Below are positions 18,256-26,367 of a DNA stretch of 64,000 nucleotides, piece after piece. The translations under genes and the position numbers were made by a program. The notes beneath the pieces were generated by a model that saw only the letters and a list, made by a program, of their open reading frames with translations, did no database searches and was not told where the DNA came from. Positions within the stretch are counted from its first letter, which is position 1. Every line of letters starts with the position of its first letter. The stretch comes from Minisyncoccota bacterium (GTDB taxonomy: Bacteria; Patescibacteriota; Minisyncoccia; Phycocordibacterales; Phycocordibacteraceae), in assembly GCA_022841985.1 (NCBI GenBank), contig JALHQL010000003.1:6878-70877 (forward strand), read 5' to 3'.

Positions 18256-19483
18256 ATTCAATTTGCCAGATGTGCCCGGTGTGTATCTCTTTAAACAGGG
18301 GCGTAAGGTCCTGTATGTTGGCAAGGCGACCTCGCTGCGCGATCGGGTGCGGTCGTATTTCGATGATGATCTGATAGCAACTCGAGGACCGCGAGTAGTC
18401 GATATGGTGACAAAAGCTGATCGCGTCGTGTATGAGACAACGCCGACCGTGCTTGAGGCATTGGTGCGTGAAGCTGCGCTCATCCGCCTCTATCATCCGC
18501 CAGCAAACACTGAGGGAAAAGATGATAAGACTTTTCTCTATACGGTTATTACATACGAAGAGATTCCACGGGTGCTTATCATGCGCGGCAAGGATATAGA
18601 TTTCAAGGCAAAACATACAACCGATGGACAGAAAATTAAAGCTTTTTATGGTCCATTTCCTTCTGGAACACAGTTGCGTGAGGGTCTCCGACTCATACGG
18701 CGTATCTTTCCATTTTTTGATACTGAAAAGCCAATCGGCACGAAGAGTAAGCATCAGACAGCCAAGATAGAATTCAATACACAGATTAGACAATATCCAC
18801 GAGTATTTTCAGTACAAGAGTATAGTCGTACGATACGGCACGTCATGCTTTTTTTAAGTGGCCGCGGGAAAGAGTTGCGGGCAACACTAGAGAAAGATAT
18901 GCATCGCGCGGCTAAAGAGGAACGTTTCGAGGATGCATCTGCTGCGAGACGCGAACTATTTGCACTTGATCATATTCAGGACGTTTCGCTCATCAAGGAC
19001 GAGCGGCTTGAGGATGCTCGGGAAAAACAAGGGAGCGCCCGTATCGAAGCCTATGATACTGCGCACCTTTCGGGTACGAATGCTATCGGGGTGATGACGG
19101 TCATACTTGGTGGCGTACCAAGTAAGAAAGAGTATCGAACGTTCCGTATACGCGGGGTACAGAAGAACGATGATATCGCGTCTTTGAAAGAAATACTTTC
19201 ACGTCGGCTCGGTCACCCAGAGTGGCAATTGCCGCAAGCGATAGTGGTGGATGGTGGGACGACGCATAAAAAAGCCGCGGAGGGTATCCTCAAAGAGGCA
19301 GGAGTCAACAATATCCCGGTTGTTGCTGTGGTAAAGGATGAACGCCATCGTCCGCGTGAGGTTATTGGCGCGCAACGTGCTTGTGTCACTGAAGCGGATG
19401 CTGTATTGGCCAATAGCGAAGCGCATCGCTTCTCTCTCGCACGCCATCGAGCAGCTCGTTCACGAAATATACGAGTGAGGTAA
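18233..19483 (+). CDS. uvrC: Excinuclease ABC subunit C, short form lacking the C-terminal (HhH)2 domain
   Basis: Start at ATG 18233, overlapping the uvrA stop by 23 nt. The track ORF from 18110 is a frame artefact. Contains GIY-YIG (PDVPGVYLFKQGRKVLYVGKATSLRDRVRSYF), the UvrBC helix (ERFEDASAARRELFALDHI) and an RNase H-like domain (EAYDTAHLSGTNAIGVMTV). 416 aa versus about 600 typical. Confidence 0.8.
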   Translation: MQKNELHKFNLPDVPGVYLFKQGRKVLYVGKATSLRDRVRSYFDDDLIATRGPRVVDMVTKADRVVYETTPTVLEALVREAALIRLYHPPANTEGKDDKTFLYTVITYEEIPRVLIMRGKDIDFKAKHTTDGQKIKAFYGPFPSGTQLREGLRLIRRIFPFFDTEKPIGTKSKHQTAKIEFNTQIRQYPRVFSVQEYSRTIRHVMLFLSGRGKELRATLEKDMHRAAKEERFEDASAARRELFALDHIQDVSLIKDERLEDAREKQGSARIEAYDTAHLSGTNAIGVMTVILGGVPSKKEYRTFRIRGVQKNDDIASLKEILSRRLGHPEWQLPQAIVVDGGTTHKKAAEGILKEAGVNNIPVVAVVKDERHRPREVIGAQRACVTEADAVLANSEAHRFSLARHRAARSRNIRVR

Positions 19484-19517
19484 ATTTTGTTCCTGCTCGT
19501 TTGCTATACTTAACGGT

Positions 19518-20480
19518 ATGCAGACTATCGTCGGAGTGCTTAGAGGAGGGCCATCACGAGAACACAGTATTTCGCTCAAAACAGGTGCGGCTATTCTTGC
19601 AAATTTGCCAAGTGAGAAATATGTCGCTCGTGATATCTATATTGATAAAAGCGGGCAATGGCATGAACGCGGCCGCCCAATTTCTCCGGAGCGAGTATTG
19701 CGGCAGATTGATGTTGCGCTCATCGGTCTCCATGGGGAGTACGGCGGGAGTGGCGAAGTGCAAAGACTTCTCGAGAGGTTCAGCGTTCCATATGCAGGTG
19801 CGGATTCCCTCGGTTCCTATCTTGCGACGCATAAGCTTTTGGCGAAGGCCCGTGCAAGAGATGCGAAATTGCTTACTCCGGCATATCACTATATTGAAAG
19901 TGCTGCAGATAGTGAGGCAGCGACACATGAAATAATTCACAATTTTGTCCAACCGGTTATTGTGAAGCCTGTCGGCTGGGGCTCTTCGGTCGGCGTCTCG
20001 CTTGTTGGTGGGTATGCACCAGTACTTGCTGCCATCGAAAAACTTTTTGCTGAAGGTGCACCGCGTGTATTAGTCGAAGAATATATCCGCGGAAGGGAGG
20101 CAACTATCAGTGTTGTCGAAGGTTTGCGCGGCGAAGTTCTGTATGTATCTCCTTCTGTCGAGATTATTCCACCTAAAGGAGGTATTTTTTCTTACGATGC
20201 GAAGTGCGCTGGGGATGTTCGCCACAGCTGTCCTGGGAATTTTTCGCGCGTTATCACCGAAGAGTTGCAGCGTGTCGCAAAGGTGATACATCGTGCCCTC
20301 GGTCTCCGCCATTATTCCCGAAGTGATTTTATCGTCTCGCCCAAAGGTATCTATTATCTGGAAACCAATACGCTTCCAGGTCTTATGAAAGAATCACTCT
20401 TGCCGAAATCCCTTGCAGCTGTGGGTGTCCCTTTTCCTGATTTCCTTGAGCATCTGGTCAATTTGGCTCAGACGCGGTAA
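19518..20480 (+). CDS. ddl: D-alanine--D-alanine ligase
   Basis: 320 aa. Ddl N-terminal signature MQTIVGVLRGGPSREHSISLKTGAAI, an ATP-grasp core and C-terminal YYLETNTLPGL. Confidence 0.85.
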   Translation: MQTIVGVLRGGPSREHSISLKTGAAILANLPSEKYVARDIYIDKSGQWHERGRPISPERVLRQIDVALIGLHGEYGGSGEVQRLLERFSVPYAGADSLGSYLATHKLLAKARARDAKLLTPAYHYIESAADSEAATHEIIHNFVQPVIVKPVGWGSSVGVSLVGGYAPVLAAIEKLFAEGAPRVLVEEYIRGREATISVVEGLRGEVLYVSPSVEIIPPKGGIFSYDAKCAGDVRHSCPGNFSRVITEELQRVAKVIHRALGLRHYSRSDFIVSPKGIYYLETNTLPGLMKESLLPKSLAAVGVPFPDFLEHLVNLAQTR

Positions 20481-20494
20481 AGTAGAGAGCGTTC

Positions 20495-20567
20495 GGGCCC
20501 TTAGCTCATTTGGTAGAGCACCTCATTTGCAATGAGGGGGTGACCGGTTCGAATCCGGTAGGGTCCA
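20495..20567 (+). tRNA. tRNA-Ala (anticodon UGC)
   Basis: Manual fold. Acceptor GGGCCCT/AGGGTCC with G3:U70. Anticodon stem CCTCA/TGAGG, loop TTTGCAA. T-loop TTCGAAT. 73 nt, CCA not encoded. Confidence 0.8.
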
Positions 20568-20621
20568 CTAAACAAAGAATCTGGGAATCGTACGGAATAT
20601 CTGTTATGGTTAAGTGCGTTC

Positions 20622-20695
20622 GCGCTCTTAGCTCAGTTGGTTAGAGCGTCCGCCTCACACGCGGAAGGTCGCAAGTTCGAATCTTGCAGAGCGCA
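20622..20695 (+). tRNA. tRNA-Val (anticodon CAC)
   Basis: Manual fold. Acceptor GCGCTCT/AGAGCGC. Anticodon stem TCCGC/GCGGA, loop CTCACAC. T-arm GCAAG-TTCGAAT-CTTGC. 74 nt. Confidence 0.8.
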
Positions 20696-20757
20696 CAAGC
20701 AAGCAAAACTGCGAGGTAGGGTCGTGAAAATTTGTGCCTGACCACAAGTACACAAAG

Positions 20758-20828
20758 CGGGCTGGAGTATGCCGGTAGTACGCACGCTTCGGGTGCGTGT
20801 AGACCGGGTTCAATTCCCGGCAGCCCGA
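20758..20828 (+). tRNA. tRNA-Pro (anticodon CGG)
   Basis: Manual fold. Acceptor CGGGCTG/CAGCCCG with the C1:G72 characteristic of bacterial tRNA-Pro. D-stem GTAT/GTAC. Anticodon stem CACGC/GCGTG, loop TTCGGGT. T-arm CCGGG-TTCAATT-CCCGG. G at position 8 is atypical, so the boundaries are moderately confident. Confidence 0.6.
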
Positions 20829-20868
20829 CAAAACTATAATGCGGATACGCAAGACACGTATCCGTAAA

Positions 20869-20939
20869 CGGGATATCGTATAGTGGTAGTACGCAAGGCT
20901 GGGGGTCTTGCAGTCCCGGTCCGATTCCGGGTATCCCGA
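20869..20939 (+). tRNA. tRNA-Pro (anticodon GGG)
   Basis: Manual fold. Acceptor CGGGATA/TATCCCG (C1:G72). The D-arm is identical to the neighbouring tRNA-Pro. Anticodon stem CAAGG/TCTTG, loop CTGGGGG. T-arm CCCGG-TCCGATT-CCGGG. Confidence 0.6.
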
Positions 20940-20976
20940 TGAATTTTGTTTTTCCTCATGCTAGAATCGTCCGCAC

Positions 20977-20997
20977 GGGCCATTAGCTCAACTGGTA
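20977..20997 (+). pseudogene. Decayed tRNA-Ala 5' fragment (21 nt identical to the 5' end of tRNA-Ala at 21128)
   Basis: gggccattagctcaactggta is identical to 21128..21148. A second degenerate piece (gtagagcgcttcattatggtcc, ~21075..21096) resembles the D-arm plus 3' acceptor of the same tRNA. Confidence 0.4.
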
Positions 20998-21127
20998 AGC
21001 CCTTCGGGCTTCCTCCCTGCGCTCGCCTCGGACAAATAAACGAAGACGTTTTTTGTCGCTCGGCTCGCTTGGCAGTAGAGCGCTTCATTATGGTCCCGTG
21101 CCGTTCGGGTACATATGTGCGGACATC

Positions 21128-21200
21128 GGGCCATTAGCTCAACTGGTAGAGCGCGTCATTCGCATTGACGAGGCAAGCGGTTCGACTCCGCTATGGTCCA
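21128..21200 (+). tRNA. tRNA-Ala (anticodon CGC), CCA encoded at 21201..21203
   Basis: Manual fold. Acceptor GGGCCAT/ATGGTCC with G3:U70. Anticodon stem CGTCA/TGACG, loop TTCGCAT. T-loop TTCGACT. The 3' CCA overlaps the ATG of the downstream CDS. Confidence 0.8.
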
Positions 21201-21202
21201 CC

Positions 21203-22501
21203 ATGAGATCAGACATTGTTCATCCGGGTGCGGACAAGCTCAAGTATGAGATACGTGAGATTGTAACCGTTGCAAAGCGAGTTGCGCTCTCCGGCACACC
21301 GGTCGTGTGGGAGAATATCGGTGATCCTGTGGCTAAGGGCGAAGTTCCTCCAGAGTGGATAAAAAAAATTATCAGAGACACTCTTCAAGAAGATCAAAGT
21401 TTTTCCTATTCACCGACCAAGGGTTTGGATGAAACTCGCATCTATATCGCCCGCGAACGGAACCTCGAGGGTGGCATTCAGATACTGCCTGACGATATTT
21501 TATTTTTTAATGGGCTTGGCGACGGCATATCTCATATCTATCGGAATCTTAATCCTCGCGCGCGAATACTCGGACCCGATCCTGCCTACCCAACACATTC
21601 CTCTGCCGAAGCGGCTCATGCTAATAAGCCACACATGACGTACCGTCTTGACCCTGAAAAGGAGTGGCGGCCAGACCTTGTGGATATGGAGAAAAAGATA
21701 CGAGCAAATAAAAACATTGCTGGCATTCTTATCATTAATCCGGATAATCCGACGGGGTTTGTATATCCTCAAGAAACAATACGGGCTATAGTCGCACTCG
21801 CAAAGAAATATAAGCTTTTTATCGTTTCTGATGAAATTTATTCGAACCTTGCGTATGAAGGAAGCGGAATGCGCAAACTGGCATCGGTTATTGGCACCGT
21901 TCCGGGTATCGCTATGCGGGGAATCTCGAAAGAGTTTCCATGGCCAGGTGCAAGGTGCGGATGGATTGAGTTCTATAATCGAGGCAAGGACAAAAATTTT
22001 GATCGGTATGCGCGCTCAATCGTGGATTCAAAAATGCTTGAAGTGTGTTCGACGACGCTTCCTCAAAAAGTGTTGCCGAAAGTGATGGGGGATCCCCGCT
22101 ATTACCCCTATTTAGCAGCGCGTACACGCCATTACGAAGAACGTGCAGAGTATGCTCACGGGATACTTTCTAAAATCCCAAATATTATCGTTCACAAACC
22201 GCGTGGCGCATTTTATATGACGTGTGTGTTCCGGAAGGGGGCTCTGAAGAAAAACCAAACGCTTCCGGTACGGGGCGATCTAAAAAAGTTCATCGAGTCA
22301 TGTCTGACAAAGGCATCTTTGGATAAACGTTTTGTGTACTACCTCCTGGCTTCTACTGGTATCTGCGTTGTACCGCTCTCCTCCGGCTTTAACTCATCGC
22401 TCCAAGGGTTTCGGTTCTTGTTGTTGGAGCAGGATACCGATCGATTTAAAAAGACGATACATACGATAGCCAAAGCCATTTCTGATTTCGCAAAGTCTTG
22501 A
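21203..22501 (+). CDS. Pyridoxal-phosphate-dependent aminotransferase, class I/II (aspartate/alanine aminotransferase-like)
   Basis: Start at ATG 21203, directly after the tRNA. The track ORF from 21053 reads through the tRNA. Contains ILIINPDNPTGFVY, FIVSDEIYSNLAY, and the PLP-lysine context SKEFPWPGARCGWI. Confidence 0.75.
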   Translation: MRSDIVHPGADKLKYEIREIVTVAKRVALSGTPVVWENIGDPVAKGEVPPEWIKKIIRDTLQEDQSFSYSPTKGLDETRIYIARERNLEGGIQILPDDILFFNGLGDGISHIYRNLNPRARILGPDPAYPTHSSAEAAHANKPHMTYRLDPEKEWRPDLVDMEKKIRANKNIAGILIINPDNPTGFVYPQETIRAIVALAKKYKLFIVSDEIYSNLAYEGSGMRKLASVIGTVPGIAMRGISKEFPWPGARCGWIEFYNRGKDKNFDRYARSIVDSKMLEVCSTTLPQKVLPKVMGDPRYYPYLAARTRHYEERAEYAHGILSKIPNIIVHKPRGAFYMTCVFRKGALKKNQTLPVRGDLKKFIESCLTKASLDKRFVYYLLASTGICVVPLSSGFNSSLQGFRFLLLEQDTDRFKKTIHTIAKAISDFAKS

Positions 22502-22575
22502 GGAATTTCCTCATATAGAAAATGTCGACGCTATAGTAAGATGGTTGGCAGAAAAGATTCGCGAAAAGAAAATAA

Positions 22576-22646
22576 GGGCCTATAGTTCAGCGGTAGAACG
22601 CGTCCATGGCATGGACGAGGTCGGAGTTCGACTCTCCGTAGGTCCA
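22576..22646 (+). tRNA. tRNA-Ala (anticodon GGC)
   Basis: Manual fold. Acceptor GGGCCTA/TAGGTCC with G3:U70. D-stem GTTC/GAAC. Anticodon stem CGTCC/GGACG, loop ATGGCAT. T-arm CGGAG-TTCGACT-CTCCG. 71 nt. Confidence 0.75.
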
Positions 22647-22688
22647 CAAAATTTAATCCTCTTAGGCTCTCTGGTATACTATCCGCAT

Positions 22689-23090
22689 ATGCTGCAAGAA
22701 TTCAAACAGTTTTTGCTCCGCGGGAATGTCGTTGATTTGGCGGTCGGTGTCGTTATAGGAGCTTCTTTCGGTACTATTGTTACTGCGTTAGTACATGATC
22801 TGCTTACGCCGTTTCTCGCAGCCATCATCAAGGTGCCTGATTTTGGGGGATTATTTTTCACTCTCAATGGCAGCAAATTCATGTATGGACACTTTATTAA
22901 TGCTCTCATATCGTTTGTGCTCATAGCGGCTGCCGTGTTCTTTTTTATTGTGAAGCCAATGAATATGCTTATCTCTCGATCTCGAGGGGAAGCTCCTGCA
23001 GATCCCACAACGAAAAAATGTTCGGAATGCATAAGTGAAATACCTATTGCCGCGAAACGTTGTATGTATTGCACACAGATTGTTACCTAG
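22689..23090 (+). CDS. mscL: Large-conductance mechanosensitive channel MscL with a C-terminal CxxC...CxxC zinc-ribbon-like tail
   Basis: Start at ATG 22689 (MLQEFKQFLLRGNVVDLAVGVVIGASFGTIV...), a canonical MscL N-terminus and TM1. The track ORF from 22545 reads through the tRNA. The C-terminus is KKCSECISEIPIAAKRCMYCTQIVT. Confidence 0.8.
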   Translation: MLQEFKQFLLRGNVVDLAVGVVIGASFGTIVTALVHDLLTPFLAAIIKVPDFGGLFFTLNGSKFMYGHFINALISFVLIAAAVFFFIVKPMNMLISRSRGEAPADPTTKKCSECISEIPIAAKRCMYCTQIVT

Positions 23091-23095
23091 GAAAT

Positions 23096-23124
23096 ACAAA
23101 ACCCCGCTAAAAGCGGGGTTTTGT
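23096..23124. terminator. Bidirectional rho-independent terminator
   Basis: acaaaaccccgc taaaa gcggggttttgt, a 12-bp stem flanked by A- and T-runs, between convergent mscL and the SWIB gene. Confidence 0.55.
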
Positions 23125-23141
23125 ATGCGTTCTGCATCAGT

Positions 23142-23393
23142 TTAGCTCAAATGCGCCGAGACAAGCTTTGTCATCTCAAACATTGTTACTTCGCTCTTGC
23201 CGCCAAATATTGCCTTCAACTTATCATCGGAAAGAATATTCCGCTTATTCTTTGGGTTCTGAAGACTATTCTTCTTAATGTATACCCAAAGCTGCTTAAC
23301 GACTTCGGTTCTTGGCATCGGGCCTTTGCCTACGACCGCTTCAAGTTCAGGTGAAAGGGTAAGCGGTTTCGAGAGAGCTGCGTTTATTGCCAT
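23142..23393 (-). CDS. SWIB/MDM2 domain protein
   Basis: Start taken at Met MAINAALSK. The track ORF extends to 23444. LSPELEAVVGKGPMPRTEVVKQLWVYIKKNSLQNPKNKRNILSDDKLKAIFGGKSEVTMFEMTKLVSAHL matches the SWIB consensus throughout. Confidence 0.7.
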   Translation of the reverse strand: MAINAALSKPLTLSPELEAVVGKGPMPRTEVVKQLWVYIKKNSLQNPKNKRNILSDDKLKAIFGGKSEVTMFEMTKLVSAHLS

Positions 23394-23553
23394 AGTGAAT
23401 GTAATTCTATTAATACTAATGGACTGATCTAGTATATAGCACATATTGCCCTTTGTTTGCTAGGGTGTGGGCAATGAGCACAAAGACGTCTTGAGATGAC
23501 TGTCCCTCCTGTATTATTGCACAAAGCATAAAAGGCAGTCATACTGGGGGGGT

Positions 23554-23973
23554 ATGGCTTTTGAAGGTAACGGGGTCGACATCGTTTCTCCGCGGCGCAC
23601 GGTACCGCACTATCACGGCGACGAGGTCCGAACGCTTTTCTTTGTGAGCGCTATTGTTCTTGTTGTTGCGCAGTCTACTGGTGCTGAACTCCCGCTTTCC
23701 TCGGTCGGTACGGTGGCTTCTGCTGTTGTGTTGGTGATTATGGCCGGTATTACGAATCCGGCGCAATATGGAATCCACTTCATGAATGCCCTTATTTCGG
23801 TATCGGGAGCACTCTTGTTTGGTATAACGGCTATCGATAAGTATCGTGCGGGAATGCGCTTGTTGGACTCTTCTTTCGTCTACGTGGAAGTGCTTGCGCT
23901 CTTCTCACTCTCGGCCCTCTACTTCACCACACGGACAATTCGTGGACTCTTACAACGCCCGAAGCTTTCCTGA
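23554..23973 (+). CDS. Hypothetical polytopic membrane protein
   Basis: 139 aa with about four predicted TM helices. No recognised domain. Confidence 0.35.
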   Translation: MAFEGNGVDIVSPRRTVPHYHGDEVRTLFFVSAIVLVVAQSTGAELPLSSVGTVASAVVLVIMAGITNPAQYGIHFMNALISVSGALLFGITAIDKYRAGMRLLDSSFVYVEVLALFSLSALYFTTRTIRGLLQRPKLS

Positions 23974-23985
23974 TTCTATATTCCT

Positions 23986-24216
23986 ATGTCTGTCCAAAGT
24001 TTTCTTCTTAATCAATATGCCAAGTGGAAGTTAAAGGATGTGCCGGAGGCGCAGCGCGAGCAGATGACTGCACTCATCACAAAAGACCCACAACTTTTTA
24101 AAAAGATTGGTGAAGAGATTGAGCGTCGTAAGAAGGGCGGCGAAGGTGAAACGAAGGCGGCGATGGAAGTAATGAAGAAATACCGTACCGAGCTCACTGC
24201 GCTCATGCAGAAATAA
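23986..24216 (+). CDS. Hypothetical small charged protein
   Basis: 76 aa, K/E-rich and helical. No recognised domain. Confidence 0.3.
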   Translation: MSVQSFLLNQYAKWKLKDVPEAQREQMTALITKDPQLFKKIGEEIERRKKGGEGETKAAMEVMKKYRTELTALMQK

Positions 24217-24255
24217 GGGTTGCGCAAAAGCTAAAGTAGCCTTAGGGTGCTTATA

Positions 24256-25353
24256 ATGTTGAAAATAGGAATTGTCGGATTGCCAAACGTGGGGAAATCC
24301 ACGCTTTTTAATGCTCTTACGAAAGCGAGCGTGCCGGCCGAGAATTATCCTTTTTGCACGATCGATCCTTCAGTTGGAGTGGTCGGCGTTCCTGATGCCC
24401 GACTCGCAATGCTCGCTAAATTTTCGTCGAGCGCAAAAGTCATTCCCGCTGCAATAGAATTCGTCGATATCGCTGGACTAGTGAAAGGTGCCGCAACAGG
24501 CGAAGGCTTAGGGAATCAATTTCTTGCGAATATTCGTGAGACCGATGCAATCCTCCAAGTTGTTCGTTTTTTTGACGACCCGAACGTGCTACATGTTGAT
24601 GCAAATATTGAGCCCTACAAAGACATTGAGATCATAAATATGGAGCTCGTACTCGCCGATGCGGAACAGGTGCGTAAACGTCGCGATAAACTCGCCCGCG
24701 ATATAAAAGCTGGCGACAAAGACGCAAGCGTCGAGGATGCGGCGCTTGCTAAGCTTGAAGAAGGCTTTTCAGCGGGAAAGCTTGCGCTTCACGCGGGACT
24801 CTCGTCGGAAGAGCAGAAGCGCGTCGAGTATTTGAATCTTCTCACGATGAAGCCGATCCTCTACGCACTCAACCGGAAAAGTGGAGGGAAAAATCTGGAT
24901 GAGCTTAAAGACGGTCGTGCACAACGAGCGTACGATCTCATCAAGACGCTCGGGGGGCGTTATGTTTTCGTGGATGCTGCTACCGAGCGCGAACTGAACG
25001 ATGTCTCCGACGTCGATCGTGCCGGATTCCGCGAGGAGCTCGGAGTTTCTGAAGATGGGCTTGCCGGTCTCATCAGAGGTGCGTATGAGACACTCGGCCT
25101 TATTTCATTCTTTACGACGGGAGCTGATGAAACACGTGCATGGACGATCAAGGAGGGAAGTACGGCGCCGATAGCTGGTTCAGCTATCCATAATGATTTT
25201 TTGGAGAAGTTCATTCGCGCCGAAGTTGTTGCCACTGATGACTTGCTTGCTGCCGGCAGTTACGCAACTGCACGCGAAACAGCAAAAGTTCGTACCGAAG
25301 GGAAGGAATACGTTGTCAAAGATGGTGACGTTATGGTGTTTCTCCACGGGTGA
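24256..25353 (+). CDS. ychF: Redox-regulated ATPase YchF (Obg-family GTPase fold)
   Basis: [22 protein letters not shown] (G1), DIAGLVKGA (G3), a coiled insertion and a C-terminal TGS domain ([17 protein letters not shown]). The start is either 24247 or 24256. Confidence 0.85.
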   Translation: MLKIGIVGLPNVGKSTLFNALTKASVPAENYPFCTIDPSVGVVGVPDARLAMLAKFSSSAKVIPAAIEFVDIAGLVKGAATGEGLGNQFLANIRETDAILQVVRFFDDPNVLHVDANIEPYKDIEIINMELVLADAEQVRKRRDKLARDIKAGDKDASVEDAALAKLEEGFSAGKLALHAGLSSEEQKRVEYLNLLTMKPILYALNRKSGGKNLDELKDGRAQRAYDLIKTLGGRYVFVDAATERELNDVSDVDRAGFREELGVSEDGLAGLIRGAYETLGLISFFTTGADETRAWTIKEGSTAPIAGSAIHNDFLEKFIRAEVVATDDLLAAGSYATARETAKVRTEGKEYVVKDGDVMVFLHG

Positions 25354-25389
25354 TTTTTTTTAAGGCCTGTTTATGGTATAATCCACCTC

Positions 25390-26334
25390 ATGGATAAACC
25401 AAAAACAACAGCAAAAGATTTTTTCCTATGGGCAGGAGCGATGATTACGTTCTATTGGAGCATCATCGCTACAATTTTACTTATACTCAATTACATTGAC
25501 TATACGTTTCCAAACGCGCTTTCGTATCTGCCGGCCAATCCGTATGAGAGCGGCATTAGCAATGAGATGGCATCGATTATCGTTCTGCTTCCGCTCTACA
25601 TGTTCCTTATGCATCTTATACGGAAAGATGCGGCTCGTGACCCTTCAAGGAACGAAATCTGGGTACGCCGATGGGCAATCATACTGACGCTCTTTGTTGC
25701 AGGTGTCGCGATAGCGATCGATCTCATCATGCTTCTCACCACATTCTTAAGCGGAGAGGAATTGACGATAGCATTTTTGCTTAAAGTGCTTGTTGTTCTT
25801 CTTGTTGCAGCTGGAGTCTTCATGCATTTCATCGCTGATTTGAAAGGGTACTGGGATATGTTTCCAATGCGCAAGCAAGCAGTGAGTGTCAGTGTGGCAG
25901 TGCTCGCGGTTGTGGTGATAGGCGCAGGCTTCTTTATCGTCGGTACGCCAGGGCAAGCTCGCCTCGCACGCTTTGATGTGCAAAAGGTAAATGACTTAGT
26001 AAGTATGCAGTACCAGGTTACCTGTTATTTCCAGGCAAAGCAGAAGTTGCCTGCCACACTTGCCGATCTCAATAATCCTCTTGGGTGTGGCTCCACACCA
26101 GTTGATCCTCAAACCAATGAATCGTATGTATATGAGGCGACGGGCAAGCTCTCATTCAAACTATGCGCAGTATTTAATGCAGAAGGTCGCGGGAATCAAG
26201 ACATGTATCTTGAACGCACTATACCAATGCCAGTGGGCAGCAAAGGAATACAGCAAGATAATTGGCAGCACGATAGCGGGCAAGTCTGTTTTGATCGAAC
26301 TATTGATCCAAGCTTCTTCCCACCGCTCAAGTAA
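25390..26334 (+). CDS. Hypothetical membrane protein (5 TM helices plus a C-terminal extracytoplasmic Cys-containing domain)
   Basis: 314 aa. Hydrophobic helices in the first ~190 aa. The C-terminal ~120 aa carries 4 Cys. No recognised domain. Confidence 0.4.
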   Translation: MDKPKTTAKDFFLWAGAMITFYWSIIATILLILNYIDYTFPNALSYLPANPYESGISNEMASIIVLLPLYMFLMHLIRKDAARDPSRNEIWVRRWAIILTLFVAGVAIAIDLIMLLTTFLSGEELTIAFLLKVLVVLLVAAGVFMHFIADLKGYWDMFPMRKQAVSVSVAVLAVVVIGAGFFIVGTPGQARLARFDVQKVNDLVSMQYQVTCYFQAKQKLPATLADLNNPLGCGSTPVDPQTNESYVYEATGKLSFKLCAVFNAEGRGNQDMYLERTIPMPVGSKGIQQDNWQHDSGQVCFDRTIDPSFFPPLK

Positions 26335-26367
26335 GTGTTTTTAAGTCGGGACCCACTGCTCGATTAT

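Noticed and set aside
20758-20828. Alternative reading of this tRNA as tRNA-Glu(UUC), using anticodon stem CGCAC/GTGCG.
   Set aside because: That fold puts C at position 33 and G at 37-38, and breaks the acceptor pairing. The CACGC/GCGTG stem with loop TTCGGGT gives U33, G37 and a C1:G72 acceptor, all hallmarks of bacterial tRNA-Pro. It is also consistent with the neighbouring tRNA-Pro(GGG).
21053-21202. N-terminal 50 codons of track ORF 21053..22501 (and likewise 22545..22688 of ORF 22545..23090).
   Set aside because: These stretches are the translated tRNA-Ala genes (e.g. ...GPLAQLVERVIRIDEASGSTPLWST). The real CDS starts are the ATGs directly after the tRNAs, at 21203 and 22689.
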